Made by a program: the position numbers and the translations under genes
The notes under the pieces: generated by a model
The model's database searches: none
Told to the model about the DNA's origin: nothing
What the model saw: only the letters and a program-made list of their open reading frames with translations
NCBI GenBank assembly: GCA_965644495.1
Contig: CBFFSA010000002.1
Location: 1,364,001-1,428,000, forward strand
Direction of reading: 5' to 3'
Source: Perkinsela sp. CCAP 1560/9
Taxonomy: Eukaryota; Protista; Euglenozoa: Kinetoplastea
Length of the DNA: 64,000 nucleotides
In this document: positions 41,954 through 53,900 of the stretch, piece after piece
How the letters are laid out: each line of letters begins with the position of its first letter
How positions within the stretch are numbered: position 1 is the first letter of the stretch

Positions 41954-42710
41954 TATCATAATTGCGGTGGTTGTATAACTACCGCTCTACCCTCGATTAT
42001 TAAAAAAAAGTGAAGAAAAACAGTGAAAATATAAAGAGAAACAAGATAATACAATAGAAGAAAAAAATATAAAAGGGGGTTCCGGTGGTCCAAAACTCCA
42101 TGGGGGGGGGCATACGTCGCGATTTTGTTTCGAATTTTTTGGTTTTCAAAATCGAGCGCAGGGAAGTGTTAGAGTATGCCGTGGCGATAATTTTCCACCC
42201 CCCCACCTGGGGGTACCCCCCTGGTACGCGCACGAGGGATCCGACAAGGGTGAGTCTGTAGTTAGTATCTGTAGATATGTGCGGGTTTCTGTGAATGTGG
42301 GCTGCTGTGATTCGCTGTGAGTAGCTGTGAGTATTTTTTTTTCGTCGGAAGACCCCGAAAGACTGGAAGAGGCACTTCAAAAGATTGGTGATGCTTAATG
42401 GCTTAGGGGATAGTAAACCGACTACGGGGAGTTGCATAAATGATTGTAATTATATAAGAAAAAACTTTTTGATGACCAGAAGTAATTAGGATTTATGCGA
42501 ATCTATGACTAAATTCATTGATTTTCTATTAAATAAATTTGTACTCCAAAAAGGTATTGTCGTATCGTACCATTTTCCTATTTAAAACATTCCTATTAAA
42601 ACGGTAATCTTGGCAAGTAAGCATGATCGATAGACAAAAGCTACTGAGTATTGTTTTCATCTTCTAAATTGCTGATTTGAATTTCCGCGTTCCTTTTCCG
42701 AGAAAAGGAT

Positions 42711-43556
42711 ATATTTTTTCTTTTTTAGGCTCTTCGTTAAATGCGGTGGTAGTTTTTAACGCGAAGCGCGCAGCATGAGTGACTTCTAAGCTGAAAACAA
42801 CCACCGCGTTTAACGAAGCCACTAAAAAATAACTTTATTGCGGTGGTTGTATAACTACCGCTCTACCCTCGATTATTGCAAAAAAAGGTGAACAAAAAAA
42901 GTGATAATATACACTACATAAAGAGGTACACAGTAGTATAATAATAGAAAAATATATAAAAGGGGTTCCGGTGGTCTAAAAATTTTCAAAAAAAATCGGT
43001 CCATGGGGGGGGGGCATGGGGGGGCATACCGCACGAATTTGATTCGAAAAAATTATTTTTCGAATAAAATGCGCAGAAGCGGTAGCCGGGGGCTTGGCGC
43101 GTATTTTCCACCCACCTACCCGGGGGTTGAAAAAAAAATCAACTTGACGAAAAAAATGAAAAAAAAAACTATTTTTCCAAAATCGTTTCCGTTATTGTAT
43201 TTTGAGAGTTCGGGACGTATACTAGCTTTCTGCGCCGTTGTTTTCACAAGATAACCCATCTATGAGCCGTGGTGCGCTTGCCAGAATGGCCCTTTTTGGA
43301 CCAAAAAAAGCCAAAAAGTATTTTTCGTACCCAAAGGGGTCTTTTTGTGTCGGAAGAATGGTGTGGTTGGATTCGCATTATATACCCAATACGTTTGGTA
43401 GCTTTAAATTCATGCCTACGAGTCATTTCCCACACGCAAATTTAGGCTCTTCATTAAACGCGGTGGTTGTTTTCAACTTAGAAGTCACTCATGCCGCGCT
43501 TCGCGTTGAAAACTATCACCGCGTTTAACGAAGAGCCTAAAAAAGAAAATATATTT
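42711..43556. repeat. Pair of ~120-bp inverted repeats, each itself palindromic
   Basis: ~42711-42830 is the near-perfect reverse complement of ~43438-43556. Confidence 0.85.
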
Positions 43557-43784
43557 CTGGGTTTTTTTCCATGCTTTATTCGATGCGCCTAACAACAGCA
43601 ATCGCTGGAATAGAGAGAAGAAAAGCTTCTAGGCTCATCTCTGAAGACTAGAAGCTAACTTCTTGGCTCGTCTTCAGAGTGTAGATGAAGTAAGCAAGGG
43701 GATCTAGGTCCTTCCAGCGCGTAATACTGAGGAAATATTTGGCGTGTAGTCCTTTCTATAATATTCATCTATAATAATCATTCC

Positions 43785-44243
43785 ATGTCTGATTCCGAAA
43801 TGATCTCAACCGTATTAAACTCCTTGGAAAGCGAGTACAAGGTCACTGAGAGGTACGCAATGCTGAAAATAGTGGAGAAGAAGTGGGTCCCTCTATTTCA
43901 GGCTTCGCACGAAGGTTGGCTCAGCCAAGGTGACTTCATCCCGGCTATGCTGAAAGCAGTGGGAGAGAACGTGCACGAAGCTCAAAAGCTGGAAGTTGTC
44001 CGGCTAATTGAGGAGAAGCGATACGAGGATAAGAAAAATTCTGGAAAGCTGGTTCTTGAAATCGCGAAGCACTATATCGCTAACAAAAGGGAAGATGTGG
44101 GAGCCGCAAGAGGAGAAAGTCAAAGATTCCGGTCTCCAGGAAAAGGAAGGAATGCTTTCTTCTCTTATATGCACCTTCTTAGTGCCATTTCTATCCGAGA
44201 CTTTCGTGAACTCAATAACCCCCCGCCGAAAAATAGTAACTAA
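43785..44243 (+). CDS. Orphan ORF in the inter-MATE insert
   Basis: 152 aa ATG ORF, natural-looking helical composition, opposite strand to host genes. Confidence 0.5.
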   Translation: MSDSEMISTVLNSLESEYKVTERYAMLKIVEKKWVPLFQASHEGWLSQGDFIPAMLKAVGENVHEAQKLEVVRLIEEKRYEDKKNSGKLVLEIAKHYIANKREDVGAARGESQRFRSPGKGRNAFFSYMHLLSAISIRDFRELNNPPPKNSN

Positions 44244-44848
44244 GCAGGAATCGAATACCGGTCGAGCAGAAAATTTGGTCCACTTTTATTCGGCCCCAAC
44301 AAATTTCGTCCACATAAATTTTGGTCGGACTTTATTTTTCCTTTGGCGGCGGTCCAAAATACTTTTGGACTTTATTTTCAGTCGTTTTCAAAGTTTAGAA
44401 CTCGTCATTAGAAATTTTTGCTTCTTTCAATCGACACTTCGTTTTTTAGTCTTCGTGTAATGTCTCAGTCTGTTGAATGGGTGCAGAAAATCTTTGATCA
44501 AGATATTTACTCTACGCACGTAGGGTCCTCACTATAACACATATAGTGAGGCTGAAGTTAGAGCAATTTGAGAATTGTGTGTGACACGAAAGGTTGCAAG
44601 TGTTGTGAGCTACTGGAATAGCACACAAAGCAAAAACAATCTAAAAGTACGGTCCTTCATTTTCTGGAAAAAGAAAAATCTAATAACGATATCAAGCCTC
44701 GAGGGAGGCCAAGAAAATATATCTTTTTTGTTTCAATGCACGAAAAATTTGGCCCCAATAATTTTGGTCCACATAAATATTGGTCCGACTTTTTTTTCGA
44801 GCTCGAAGGACCAAATTAAAAAAATGTCAAATTTTTTGCTCGATCGGT

Positions 44849-45133
44849 ATGTCGAACGCAGTGGCCGAAGCGCTCGCGAGAGGCGAGGAGGTAGTTTTGG
44901 AGGAGTTAGTGTCGAGGGGGGCTGGCTCTTTGAAAGAAAAGTGGCTCGTGCCACGGATACACGTCATGGTATGGGAGCTACTTGGGAAGGTAGCGGGAAA
45001 AGTGGTGACTGAACTGGCTGCCGATTTGGGTGCCGAGGTTGATTTCACCGGAAAGTCGCTCTTACAGGGCATCATGGCAGGGAAGAGTGCCAGTCTGGTA
45101 CGCAAAGCCATCCAAAAGAAAGCAAGGAATTAA
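44849..45133 (+). CDS. Orphan small ORF (MSNAVAEAL...)
   Basis: ATG ORF downstream of a repeated tttggtcc motif block. Confidence 0.5.
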   Translation: MSNAVAEALARGEEVVLEELVSRGAGSLKEKWLVPRIHVMVWELLGKVAGKVVTELAADLGAEVDFTGKSLLQGIMAGKSASLVRKAIQKKARN

Positions 45134-45146
45134 GCCTTCCTTCATT

Positions 45147-45419
45147 ATGAAGGTATCATTGAACGAGTTAAAAGAGCTCATGGCAACACCCGAAAGCAGA
45201 TCACAGAACAGTGAGGCCCTGTCAAATGCAGCGGTGAAGCCAGCGACTTTCCACGAGCGTACAAGAGACTGGGACTCCTTAAAACATATCCTAGACGTCG
45301 CTAACGTCAGGGATGTAACGATGAATGATTTTTTGAGTGCAATGGAACTTCTAACCGAACAATGCAGTCAAATCCTGAACCAGGATAATTTTGTGCCACC
45401 CAAGAAATACGCCTTGTAG
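45147..45419 (+). CDS. Orphan small ORF (MKVSLNEL...)
   Basis: Starts 13 bp after the previous stop codon. Confidence 0.5.
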   Translation: MKVSLNELKELMATPESRSQNSEALSNAAVKPATFHERTRDWDSLKHILDVANVRDVTMNDFLSAMELLTEQCSQILNQDNFVPPKKYAL

Positions 45420-45535
45420 GTTGGTTCAATTGGTTCAGTTGGTTCGGTCGTGGTTCATTGAACCAAAAGGTACGTTAATACAACTTTTGGCAACTTTTTT
45501 CGACAGAATGTACTTCTGTTGACAGAATGTAACAA

Positions 45536-47092
45536 CTACGAAGCGCTTACAAATACTTTCTTTTGTTCGCCATTCCCTCCCAACATTCGTTGGCTATACC
45601 GAATTCTTTCCATGGCCTTTGCCTCCGCGTGTTCCCACCGTACACGTCGGAAGAACACAACATATCCTAATGCACCGCCAATGAGACCTAACACTGGGCC
45701 AAGCCATAAGCCACGAAACCTCATCCCTAGCTTGAAGGCAAACACCCACCCGAGAGGCACACCAATAGCATACAGCAATACAAAGAAAAAACCATACTTT
45801 GGATAACCCATTCCTTTCACGATTCCGTTGCACACACAAACTGCGGCATCGAAAACGTGATATACTATGAGGAGAGGCATTACTTCACGATACAAACGTA
45901 AGAGTTCAGGATCACTGTTGTACAAACCCGGTACAACGTCCTGAGTAAACCACAATACAACAATATCGACAGTTGCTACGCCAGCCATAAGAATTGAAGT
46001 TGCTAATGCAGCTCGTCGCGCTTTCGAAATCTCACGAGCACCAAGAGCATTGCCGACCAAAATACCAGCGGCAATGCTAAGCCCCAGTGGGACCATATAC
46101 AGAAGGGATAACACCTGCATACAAATAGACATGGTATCAAGTGTTTCCACACCGAGACGTCCGGAGGCTAATCCATTAAGTTCATACATGCCCCACTTAC
46201 AAAATAGCATTAGGGCACTTGGAATGCCCAGTAACAAGAATTGTTTCCAATCCTTAAATGCCGCGAAACTGAATCCGTGCCATAATCCTCGATGCAGACT
46301 ACCTCGTAAAGCAATGTAGCCCACCGTAAAAATCACCATGCCTAGGAAAAACATTGTGATTGTTAACGGACATCCTGCGATTCCTTGTTCTTGTATCAGA
46401 CCATAAAACATAAAAGGACTCAAGCCCGTGAGCAAAATGGACACAAGAACTACGGCGGTCAAATTGTGCACACACATCAGAAACTTTCTCAGCACTTCAT
46501 AGAAGATGCAAAGTGGGATATTTGCCAGGTTGTACAGGATGTACGTACCAGCCATAGCGGCAACTTCTGGTGTTTGCCCCATTCGCTGCAATATGGGAAC
46601 AGCGAACATCCAGACCAATAAGACAGGTAGAGCGCATACGTGTAGAATCAGGATTGCACGCTGCACATACAACATGATGAGGGGACTCTTTGGGTCTGCC
46701 CCATGGGCTTGAAACAGTAGTGTATCTAACGCATTGGCCATGCCGAATATGAAGGAAAATCCAAAACAGTTACAAAACATGATACCCATACAGGCTCCGG
46801 CCAAGTACTTTACACCGAGCAATTTACCAATAGAGCGAGAGGCGATGAGAAAGATTGCGAACTGACTAAATAAACTAAGACAAATTGGGATACCGATGTA
46901 TAATATTTTTCGTATTGTGTGCCATAATGTTTCTGAAGGAGGTAAGCAAACCTCCTCGAGTTCCTTTATTTGCAGCGCTTTTTCAGAATCTACCACATCT
47001 GGCAGTGGGTCACTGCCACCTAGGCCAAACCGAATGGACTCTTGCTCGTGCGGAAGACTGCCACATGTGAGAAAATCGTGTCCTGCACTCAT
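45536..47092 (-). CDS. MATE transporter, paralogue 2
   Basis: Collinear with, and in blocks identical to, 39111-40697. Confidence 0.93.
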   Translation of the reverse strand: MSAGHDFLTCGSLPHEQESIRFGLGGSDPLPDVVDSEKALQIKELEEVCLPPSETLWHTIRKILYIGIPICLSLFSQFAIFLIASRSIGKLLGVKYLAGACMGIMFCNCFGFSFIFGMANALDTLLFQAHGADPKSPLIMLYVQRAILILHVCALPVLLVWMFAVPILQRMGQTPEVAAMAGTYILYNLANIPLCIFYEVLRKFLMCVHNLTAVVLVSILLTGLSPFMFYGLIQEQGIAGCPLTITMFFLGMVIFTVGYIALRGSLHRGLWHGFSFAAFKDWKQFLLLGIPSALMLFCKWGMYELNGLASGRLGVETLDTMSICMQVLSLLYMVPLGLSIAAGILVGNALGAREISKARRAALATSILMAGVATVDIVVLWFTQDVVPGLYNSDPELLRLYREVMPLLIVYHVFDAAVCVCNGIVKGMGYPKYGFFFVLLYAIGVPLGWVFAFKLGMRFRGLWLGPVLGLIGGALGYVVFFRRVRWEHAEAKAMERIRYSQRMLGGNGEQKKVFVSAS

Positions 47093-47454
47093 TTATTGCA
47101 TGCACTATGACCTTGAATGATACCCACTTTCCAACTACTCATCGTCCTAGCGTTGAGACGCTCATGTGCGCATTAATTTCATAAATATTCTAATCATTAC
47201 TTGGTATTACGTATCAATAGCAATTCGTGTAGAACGATGTTAAACCTTGCAAGTTCATTCCAAATTTGTGAATTACTGTTCTTTCGTTTTATTTCTATCT
47301 ATACTGGACTTATTCGGACATCGTCTTCAACTACACTGCTTTGAATAGGCAAAGCATGAACCCCAAGACGCGTGCTACACGTCCGCAAAATAAGATTCAT
47401 AATTTTAATGTTCGTATTCAGGACTTTATGAGTTCTGTTCACAAGTTCTAAGAC

Positions 47455-48543
47455 CTATTTTAGCGGGGTTCCTGGAATATTGTATATTCCTGCCAACATT
47501 CCAGCAAGCTGTAGAGAGGTGGTAACACCTTCTGCCATACGATACTGAGTATCAGCGACAATACGCAGTAAATGGAGTTGTAACTCGTGAACCCCGGGAT
47601 TGTTAACTTCGTAGAGTTTACTTTCTCCAGGTGAGTTACTTATTTTGAGTCTGTTATTTGCAGGTGTTACCAAATCCATAGTCTGAATTACTTTTGCAAC
47701 CGTCTGAACAACGTCCACTGGCACAAACCCACGATTTAATAAACCGGACATCTCTTTTAATGCAGTGCTCAAGTGCCCTTCCAATGCAGACGCGACAATG
47801 TTCTCTACAATCTGCGGGTGCGGTTGGTCACACACTCGAAAAACATTCTCCGCGTTCACCAGCTCGAAACCTGTATGTGTTGCCTGTAAAGCATTTAACG
47901 CATTTCTCATATCTCCTTCGGCAATGAAAAGTAAGGCCTCAATGCCATCTTCTGTGTAGACTACGTTCTCCCGTTCTGTGACGAATAACAACCGTGTGAG
48001 TATCTCTGAATTTTCCAGCCGGCTAAATCGGACGATTGCGCACCGACTTTGAATAGGTTCAATAATTTTCGTGCTCGTGTTACATGCGAGAGCAAATCGC
48101 GTTGTTGTGGAATGGACTTCCATTGTACGCCGGAGCGCTTGTTGTGCCGCGGGTGTCATACTATCTGCTTCGTCCAGAATCACAATCTTGTGACGACCAA
48201 GCGGCAAAGTAACCTTCTTTTGAGCAAACATTTTGATCTTATTGCGAACGACATCGAGGCCACGCTCATCACTGGCGTTGAGCTCCAGCACAGCCTCAGA
48301 AAATGCATCCCCGAGTAACTCTCTGGCGAGACAGAGAATACTGGTTGTTTTTCCTGTCCCTGGTGGGCCAGAAAGTAGAAGATTGGGCATGTTGCCCTCG
48401 CGAGCAATTACTTTTAAGCGCAGAACAATGTCTTCATTTCCAACTACCTCTTCCATGCTCTGGGGTCTGTACTTTTCAACCCATGGAAGTGTACTGTTTG
48501 GCACTGTTTCTGTTCCTCTAGATGACTCGGAAGCTGAAAGCAT
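47455..48543 (-). CDS. RFC2: Replication factor C small subunit (human RFC2 / yeast Rfc4 type)
   Basis: PWVEKYRP, GNMPNLLLSGPPGTGKTTS, ELNASDERG, ILDEADSMT, SRC motif. Confidence 0.93.
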   Translation of the reverse strand: MLSASESSRGTETVPNSTLPWVEKYRPQSMEEVVGNEDIVLRLKVIAREGNMPNLLLSGPPGTGKTTSILCLARELLGDAFSEAVLELNASDERGLDVVRNKIKMFAQKKVTLPLGRHKIVILDEADSMTPAAQQALRRTMEVHSTTTRFALACNTSTKIIEPIQSRCAIVRFSRLENSEILTRLLFVTERENVVYTEDGIEALLFIAEGDMRNALNALQATHTGFELVNAENVFRVCDQPHPQIVENIVASALEGHLSTALKEMSGLLNRGFVPVDVVQTVAKVIQTMDLVTPANNRLKISNSPGESKLYEVNNPGVHELQLHLLRIVADTQYRMAEGVTTSLQLAGMLAGIYNIPGTPLK

Positions 48544-49445
48544 TGACCAAAGATAAAATTACGGTTTGCGCTAAAAGTTCTATCTCCTTTTTGAATTTGA
48601 GAAAAGAGATTTTATGTTTTCGTCAAAAAGGACTTTTTCCCCCGATATATTTTTCTATTTTTTTGTAAAAATGATTACAGAACTTTCAAACTTCGAAACC
48701 TTTTTTCTTAATATTTATACTCTTGGCTGGATAAAAAGCTTTACAAAGCATCCAACGCCTCGTCACAAGAACCCTTTGCCTTGGAAAATCTTTGCAGCGC
48801 CTTGAGAAATTCTTCAAATAAATGCTCGCCACGCAAGCTCATCTTTTTTTGTTCACCCCTAAGCCCTACGCTCAGCTATCAAACCCTGCGGCGGTACTTT
48901 CTGTACATTTGCCAGACCACTTGCATACCACTGTTTTGCGCTAAATATTCGTAATATTTTAAGAATATGCTCTCCATTTTAAGAATAATAATTATTCTTA
49001 AAATTCTAAAGAAAATCTAGCATCCATGGGTAATCCCTGAGTTCCATAAGGCTTTCCCGGAGAACAGGGGACCGTGAATGCACCACATACAGTAGTATAA
49101 ATTAGTATTTGTACACTAGTATAGATTATATTTGTACTGTATACTGTGTACTGTAGAAGCGCCAGAAAAGATCAGATATTTCAAAAAAGATCTAGCATAC
49201 ATGGGTAATCCCTGAGTGCCATGAAGCAATAAAACAAACAAGGGACCTCTGCACGCGTTATATCGGACAGTTCGGTCCAACTCAATTTTTATTAAGTACC
49301 GTGGAATGTCAAGATAAAATACATTATTATTTTATATCCTCCCGGTGCAGAATATCTCATTCAGCAATTTTACAATTTGAGAAGGCCAATTCAAGCTGCC
49401 AAAGGGATGGCAGCCAAATCTGAATATCGCGTGATCAAATTTTTA

Positions 49446-50645
49446 TCACTGTATCACAAGCATTGTATTCGGGGCAAAAATTGGAGAATACGTACGGTGC
49501 AACCGCAAGATTGCATCCATATACTCCTGGTGATACATGTTAACAAGATGGGTAGCAGCCTCCGGATTTGTTTCCTTTCGTACAGCAATGGGTGCCCCGA
49601 CGACAACCCTGATGGGCACACGCCGTGGAAAAATGACCCAAGCACCCAAAGGAAGAAATGGGGCAAAACGAAGCACCTTTTGTAATTTTTGCTGGAGTTT
49701 TAAGATCAACGACCACTTGCTCCCAAGGTTGATGTACACCATATTTTCATTAAATGCGAAAGTCGGTACCAGCGATGCACCGGTTTGCATCGCAAGCTTA
49801 ACGAAACCTTTGCGATTGCGTAGAATTAAACGGATTTCGTGTTCCGAGGAATACAAGGACTCCGCTGCGCCACCAAGAGCAATGCAAGTCGAAGAGCCCT
49901 CAGACGCACTCAGTTGACGAATGATTTGTTCCTTGCTCGCATTCCCTGCCCCACAACTGATTGGTACCTCTCTCCACAGAGGCAACAAAAATTGCAATGA
50001 AAGTGTTTGTACGTTGCAGGAAAGTCCAGGATATGCAACTTGTAGTGCACACAAGTCTGTACCAAAGCAAGGCAATGCGCCAATGGCAAGAGCCCCGTGG
50101 GGGTGGTAACCAAACAAATAGTGCTTGGATGGATCAAGTTCTGAATCTGGGGTAAAAATGAGTGCTGTTTGATAGTAATCTCGCAATCCTTTTATGGCCC
50201 ATTTGTGAATAAAGTGGTGAAAGAGATCGCTTCCCCATGTGGTGCGGTTAAAGATACCTTCTAATAGAACAGCAAGTACGTATCCGAACCAAAGACAGCG
50301 AAAAATACTGCTCTGATAGATTGCTATAGCTTGTATCACAAGAACGAATGGCAGCCCAATAAAGTAATTGAAAAACGTTGCGCATAGAAAGCCGCATACA
50401 ATGTACAACCCTTTTTCCAAAATAGTACGCCAACTACACCTTCTACGCATCCTGTTTTCTATTTCTTCTGCCTTCTGCAACAAATTTATCGATTCTCTTT
50501 CTACGTCCTTGGAAAGGGGTTTCGTTGCGATAATTTTTCTTAAAAACTCTGCATAAGTGTGTAAAAGACCGGATGATGAACTATCACATTGATTCCATTG
50601 ATCTAACTCTTTCAATATCAACTCTAGACATTCTGACACGGCCAT
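49446..50645 (-). CDS. Diacylglycerol acyltransferase, DGAT2/MOGAT family
   Basis: YLFGYHPHG, GGAAES, RKGFVKLAMQTGASLVP, VVGAPI. Confidence 0.92.
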   Translation of the reverse strand: MAVSECLELILKELDQWNQCDSSSSGLLHTYAEFLRKIIATKPLSKDVERESINLLQKAEEIENRMRRRCSWRTILEKGLYIVCGFLCATFFNYFIGLPFVLVIQAIAIYQSSIFRCLWFGYVLAVLLEGIFNRTTWGSDLFHHFIHKWAIKGLRDYYQTALIFTPDSELDPSKHYLFGYHPHGALAIGALPCFGTDLCALQVAYPGLSCNVQTLSLQFLLPLWREVPISCGAGNASKEQIIRQLSASEGSSTCIALGGAAESLYSSEHEIRLILRNRKGFVKLAMQTGASLVPTFAFNENMVYINLGSKWSLILKLQQKLQKVLRFAPFLPLGAWVIFPRRVPIRVVVGAPIAVRKETNPEAATHLVNMYHQEYMDAILRLHRTYSPIFAPNTMLVIQ

Positions 50646-50967
50646 AGGTTAAGCAACATTAGTGATTCAGCGAACGCAACCATACATTGAGATTCATGCA
50701 AACAGTATATTTACCAAAGAAAAACAGTTTCGCTTATTTGCATTGCGGAGCATATCTATCAGTAACATCAAGCTCGTCCTAAATAGAGAGTTGCCCTAAA
50801 CATTACTTAAAGATAACTCACAATATTTTCTTACAGATCATTGTTAGAAGTAAGATAGGAAATATTTTGCAAGGCAAGACTACAAAAAAATCCTGCAATC
50901 ACTGTACAAAAGATCTGTTTCTCATAGAGGACATACCGAAACGTTTGCAGTATAGGACTTCTAAACA

Positions 50968-53900
50968 TCAGTCCAAGTGTACCTCGTAGCTGTCGTGTGG
51001 TAGAATTCCACCAACGCTCCGAGGAAGCACACCATCAGTAAATTCTTTCACACTCGAGAAGGGAACATTCCATGCCATTTCCTTTGAGGTTACATGATGC
51101 AAACATGGCATCTTATCCGTACCACAGGATTGTGACTCCATTGTCGCAGACGCATGGGGTAAATCACTCTGGTGACTCGTACTCTCATCTTTCTTAAGAT
51201 TGGTGTACAAGTTTCTCCAAACTAGGCAGACACATAAATTGAGCAGACAACGACCCTGTTTTCGTGTTTCTGAGTAGATCATGGTGTCATCGATGGCATT
51301 GTTAAACACCTTATCAAGTTCTCGCCAATCGTAATTCAGGCTTTTGAATATTTCAGAAGCTGACACCGATGTCGTTAACGTTACTAACTGATGCCCAGGC
51401 AGTGATGTAAACAATTTTCGCCACTGGACAGTCCACTGTTCTGGAATATACTCCGCTGCGTAAGTTTGCAGATCGTATGGCACATAGTTTGTGATTTCAA
51501 AGTCCAAAGACACCTCTGCATTTCCATCAGTATGTACTCCTTTTGTATTTTTCTCGCCTACCGCATCATGAGCACTTTGAATTAGGCGCAATGTCTTCAA
51601 AGCAGGAGAAAGTCGTTGAACTTGCTCAACGAGTTCCGCAGAACTACAATTATACGTTGTGCAAAGTTCTTTCAACAAATCCGGCTCCATGGTAAACAGT
51701 TGATTGTGTTTGCAAGCTATCCAGCGGTTATAAAATTCACTGATGGCTATAGTACCAAACTTCTCCGTTATCTCGCTATTTGTGCGCCCAGATAAAACTA
51801 TTCGATGTTCCGGTGAAATTTCACCTGGGAGATTTACAATGGCCTTCACCCCCGTCTCAACCTCGTTTTGAAGGATAGCCGTACGAGAAAAACAAAAGTA
51901 AGCTGGATATTCAAGACTGCGTCCTATCCATTGCAGGACTCGCTCATGTTCATCCGCCTCAGAAGTCTTACAAGATTCTTTGGGCATTGTTTCGCCCAGC
52001 GCGGTTGGAAGTCCTTCCGAGGTGTGTAGCATGGTTACGTCCAATTGCTTTTCCTGGCTTCCCTCTACGGTTGTATCGCTCGCTGTCTTGCTATCTACCG
52101 TTTTGTCTACTGCATTTCTCTCGCCTGAACCACCGCTGACTAATGGATCAGATCTCAGACGATTAGTCGGTGTTACAGTGGAAGACATGGATAGCCGAAT
52201 AAAAATTTCCCATAAAGCCGTGGCATCACTAAGGGCACGGTGTAAATCTCCTTCAATCGAAATGGCTAATTCTTGTAGCATATTACTCAAACGAAACGAA
52301 CTCAAACCGGTCTCCGGAGATTTATCACGAGAAAAACGTAACAGCGGTATGGAGTCTACAAAATGCACCCCGGAAGGCAGTGTAAGTTTTTCCTCTTGCA
52401 ATTGACGAAGAAGAATTCGCTCGTCAAGCTTTCGGCTATTGTGGGCAATGAATAGAACTTCCTCCTTGGTGCTTCGGTCGGGGGTTAAAAATTCCAGTAT
52501 GCGTGGGGCCGCATCTCGCCACGTTGGTGCGTGCGCCACGTCTTCATTGGAGAGCCCATGGATTGCAATCACTTTTGGAGGTATTCGGGTCTCCGGGTTG
52601 ATCAAAGTACTAAACGAACGACGATTCAATGCGTCGTACATGGCAAACTCCACAATGCGGTCTCTTTGTATATTCAGTCCCGTAGATTCAATGTCGTAGG
52701 TAATGATGCGATACCGATTCAGCCAACCTCTTTTAGCAATAAAAGAGGATATTCTCGAACTCTGTGCTGTCTTAGTATCGCGGGACACACCTCGAAGTTC
52801 ACTATAACTTGCTAAGATGGAGAGCGGCAAGGAAGGTACCACTTGCGCTGTGTACGCAAGCTCCGTCACGGCATATACGTACGGCGAGTGCCCAGCATCA
52901 AATGGGTCTGCGGATTCTTGTCCTGCCTCTCCAAACTGAATCGTGCCTCCGAAATATAGCGCTTCTAAATGTTTCATATCGTCCCATCTCCATTGTTGGT
53001 GCATTTCTAAAGGTACCGAACTGGGAATGTAAGTTCTTAGCAAATTCCGAAAAAGTTGCAACTCCGATCCTATTTCTGATAAGGTCTGTCCGAAATTCCG
53101 AATTTTCTGAGAAAACGAACGCCTATCCTGAAGCGCTAAAGAATATTCTGAGTGGAACCGCAGTAAAGAAAACGCGTTCAACTCATTCTGTGATTTAGTA
53201 GACAAGAAAACAGCGAAGTCCTGCAGGTACTGATGTTGCATATCGCAATTCCATGGTGTTAAATGCGACACTATATCATCGTTTTTTTCTTCCTGGCGAT
53301 ACTGCAGTTGCATGTCCGTGAAACATCTCATGTTTATTTGACTTAATTTATCGGCCATTGTTGAGCACCAAAAATAGCCACCACGCGAGAGAAAAGCAAT
53401 GAACGGTGTACTGTGTAAAAGCGCAGAACATGAACTCAACATTTTCCTTAAATCGCGTACCACAATTACACGAGTAGCAGATATTATCTCATTTATCTGC
53501 ACTTCGTCACTACAATCTTTCGAATCTTCTTCTCCGGATTTCAATTTATTGATACGTAGCAAATGTTTTCCAGAGCGACCTATAAATTCTATTTCTCCGT
53601 TGGTGGTCAAACTTAAGAATAGGTGAGGTAAAAGTAAAGTGTCGATCATATTCGTCGGCAAACGCAAGCATCCCTTACGATATACTAGGTGATCAACTTT
53701 GTTTGATGCATAAATATGTGGAACACGGCCAATACCGCCATACTGCATTAATTCCAGTTCTCTGAACGAGACAGAAGCTCCTAGAAGGTAATTTTTTGTC
53801 CGCTCATGAATTCTCTGTATCTTTGTCGTCACCGAGGAGAGATCTAAAGGAGACTTGCTAGCCGACGAGAATTGTAGTGGAACAATGCGATGATGCGCGG

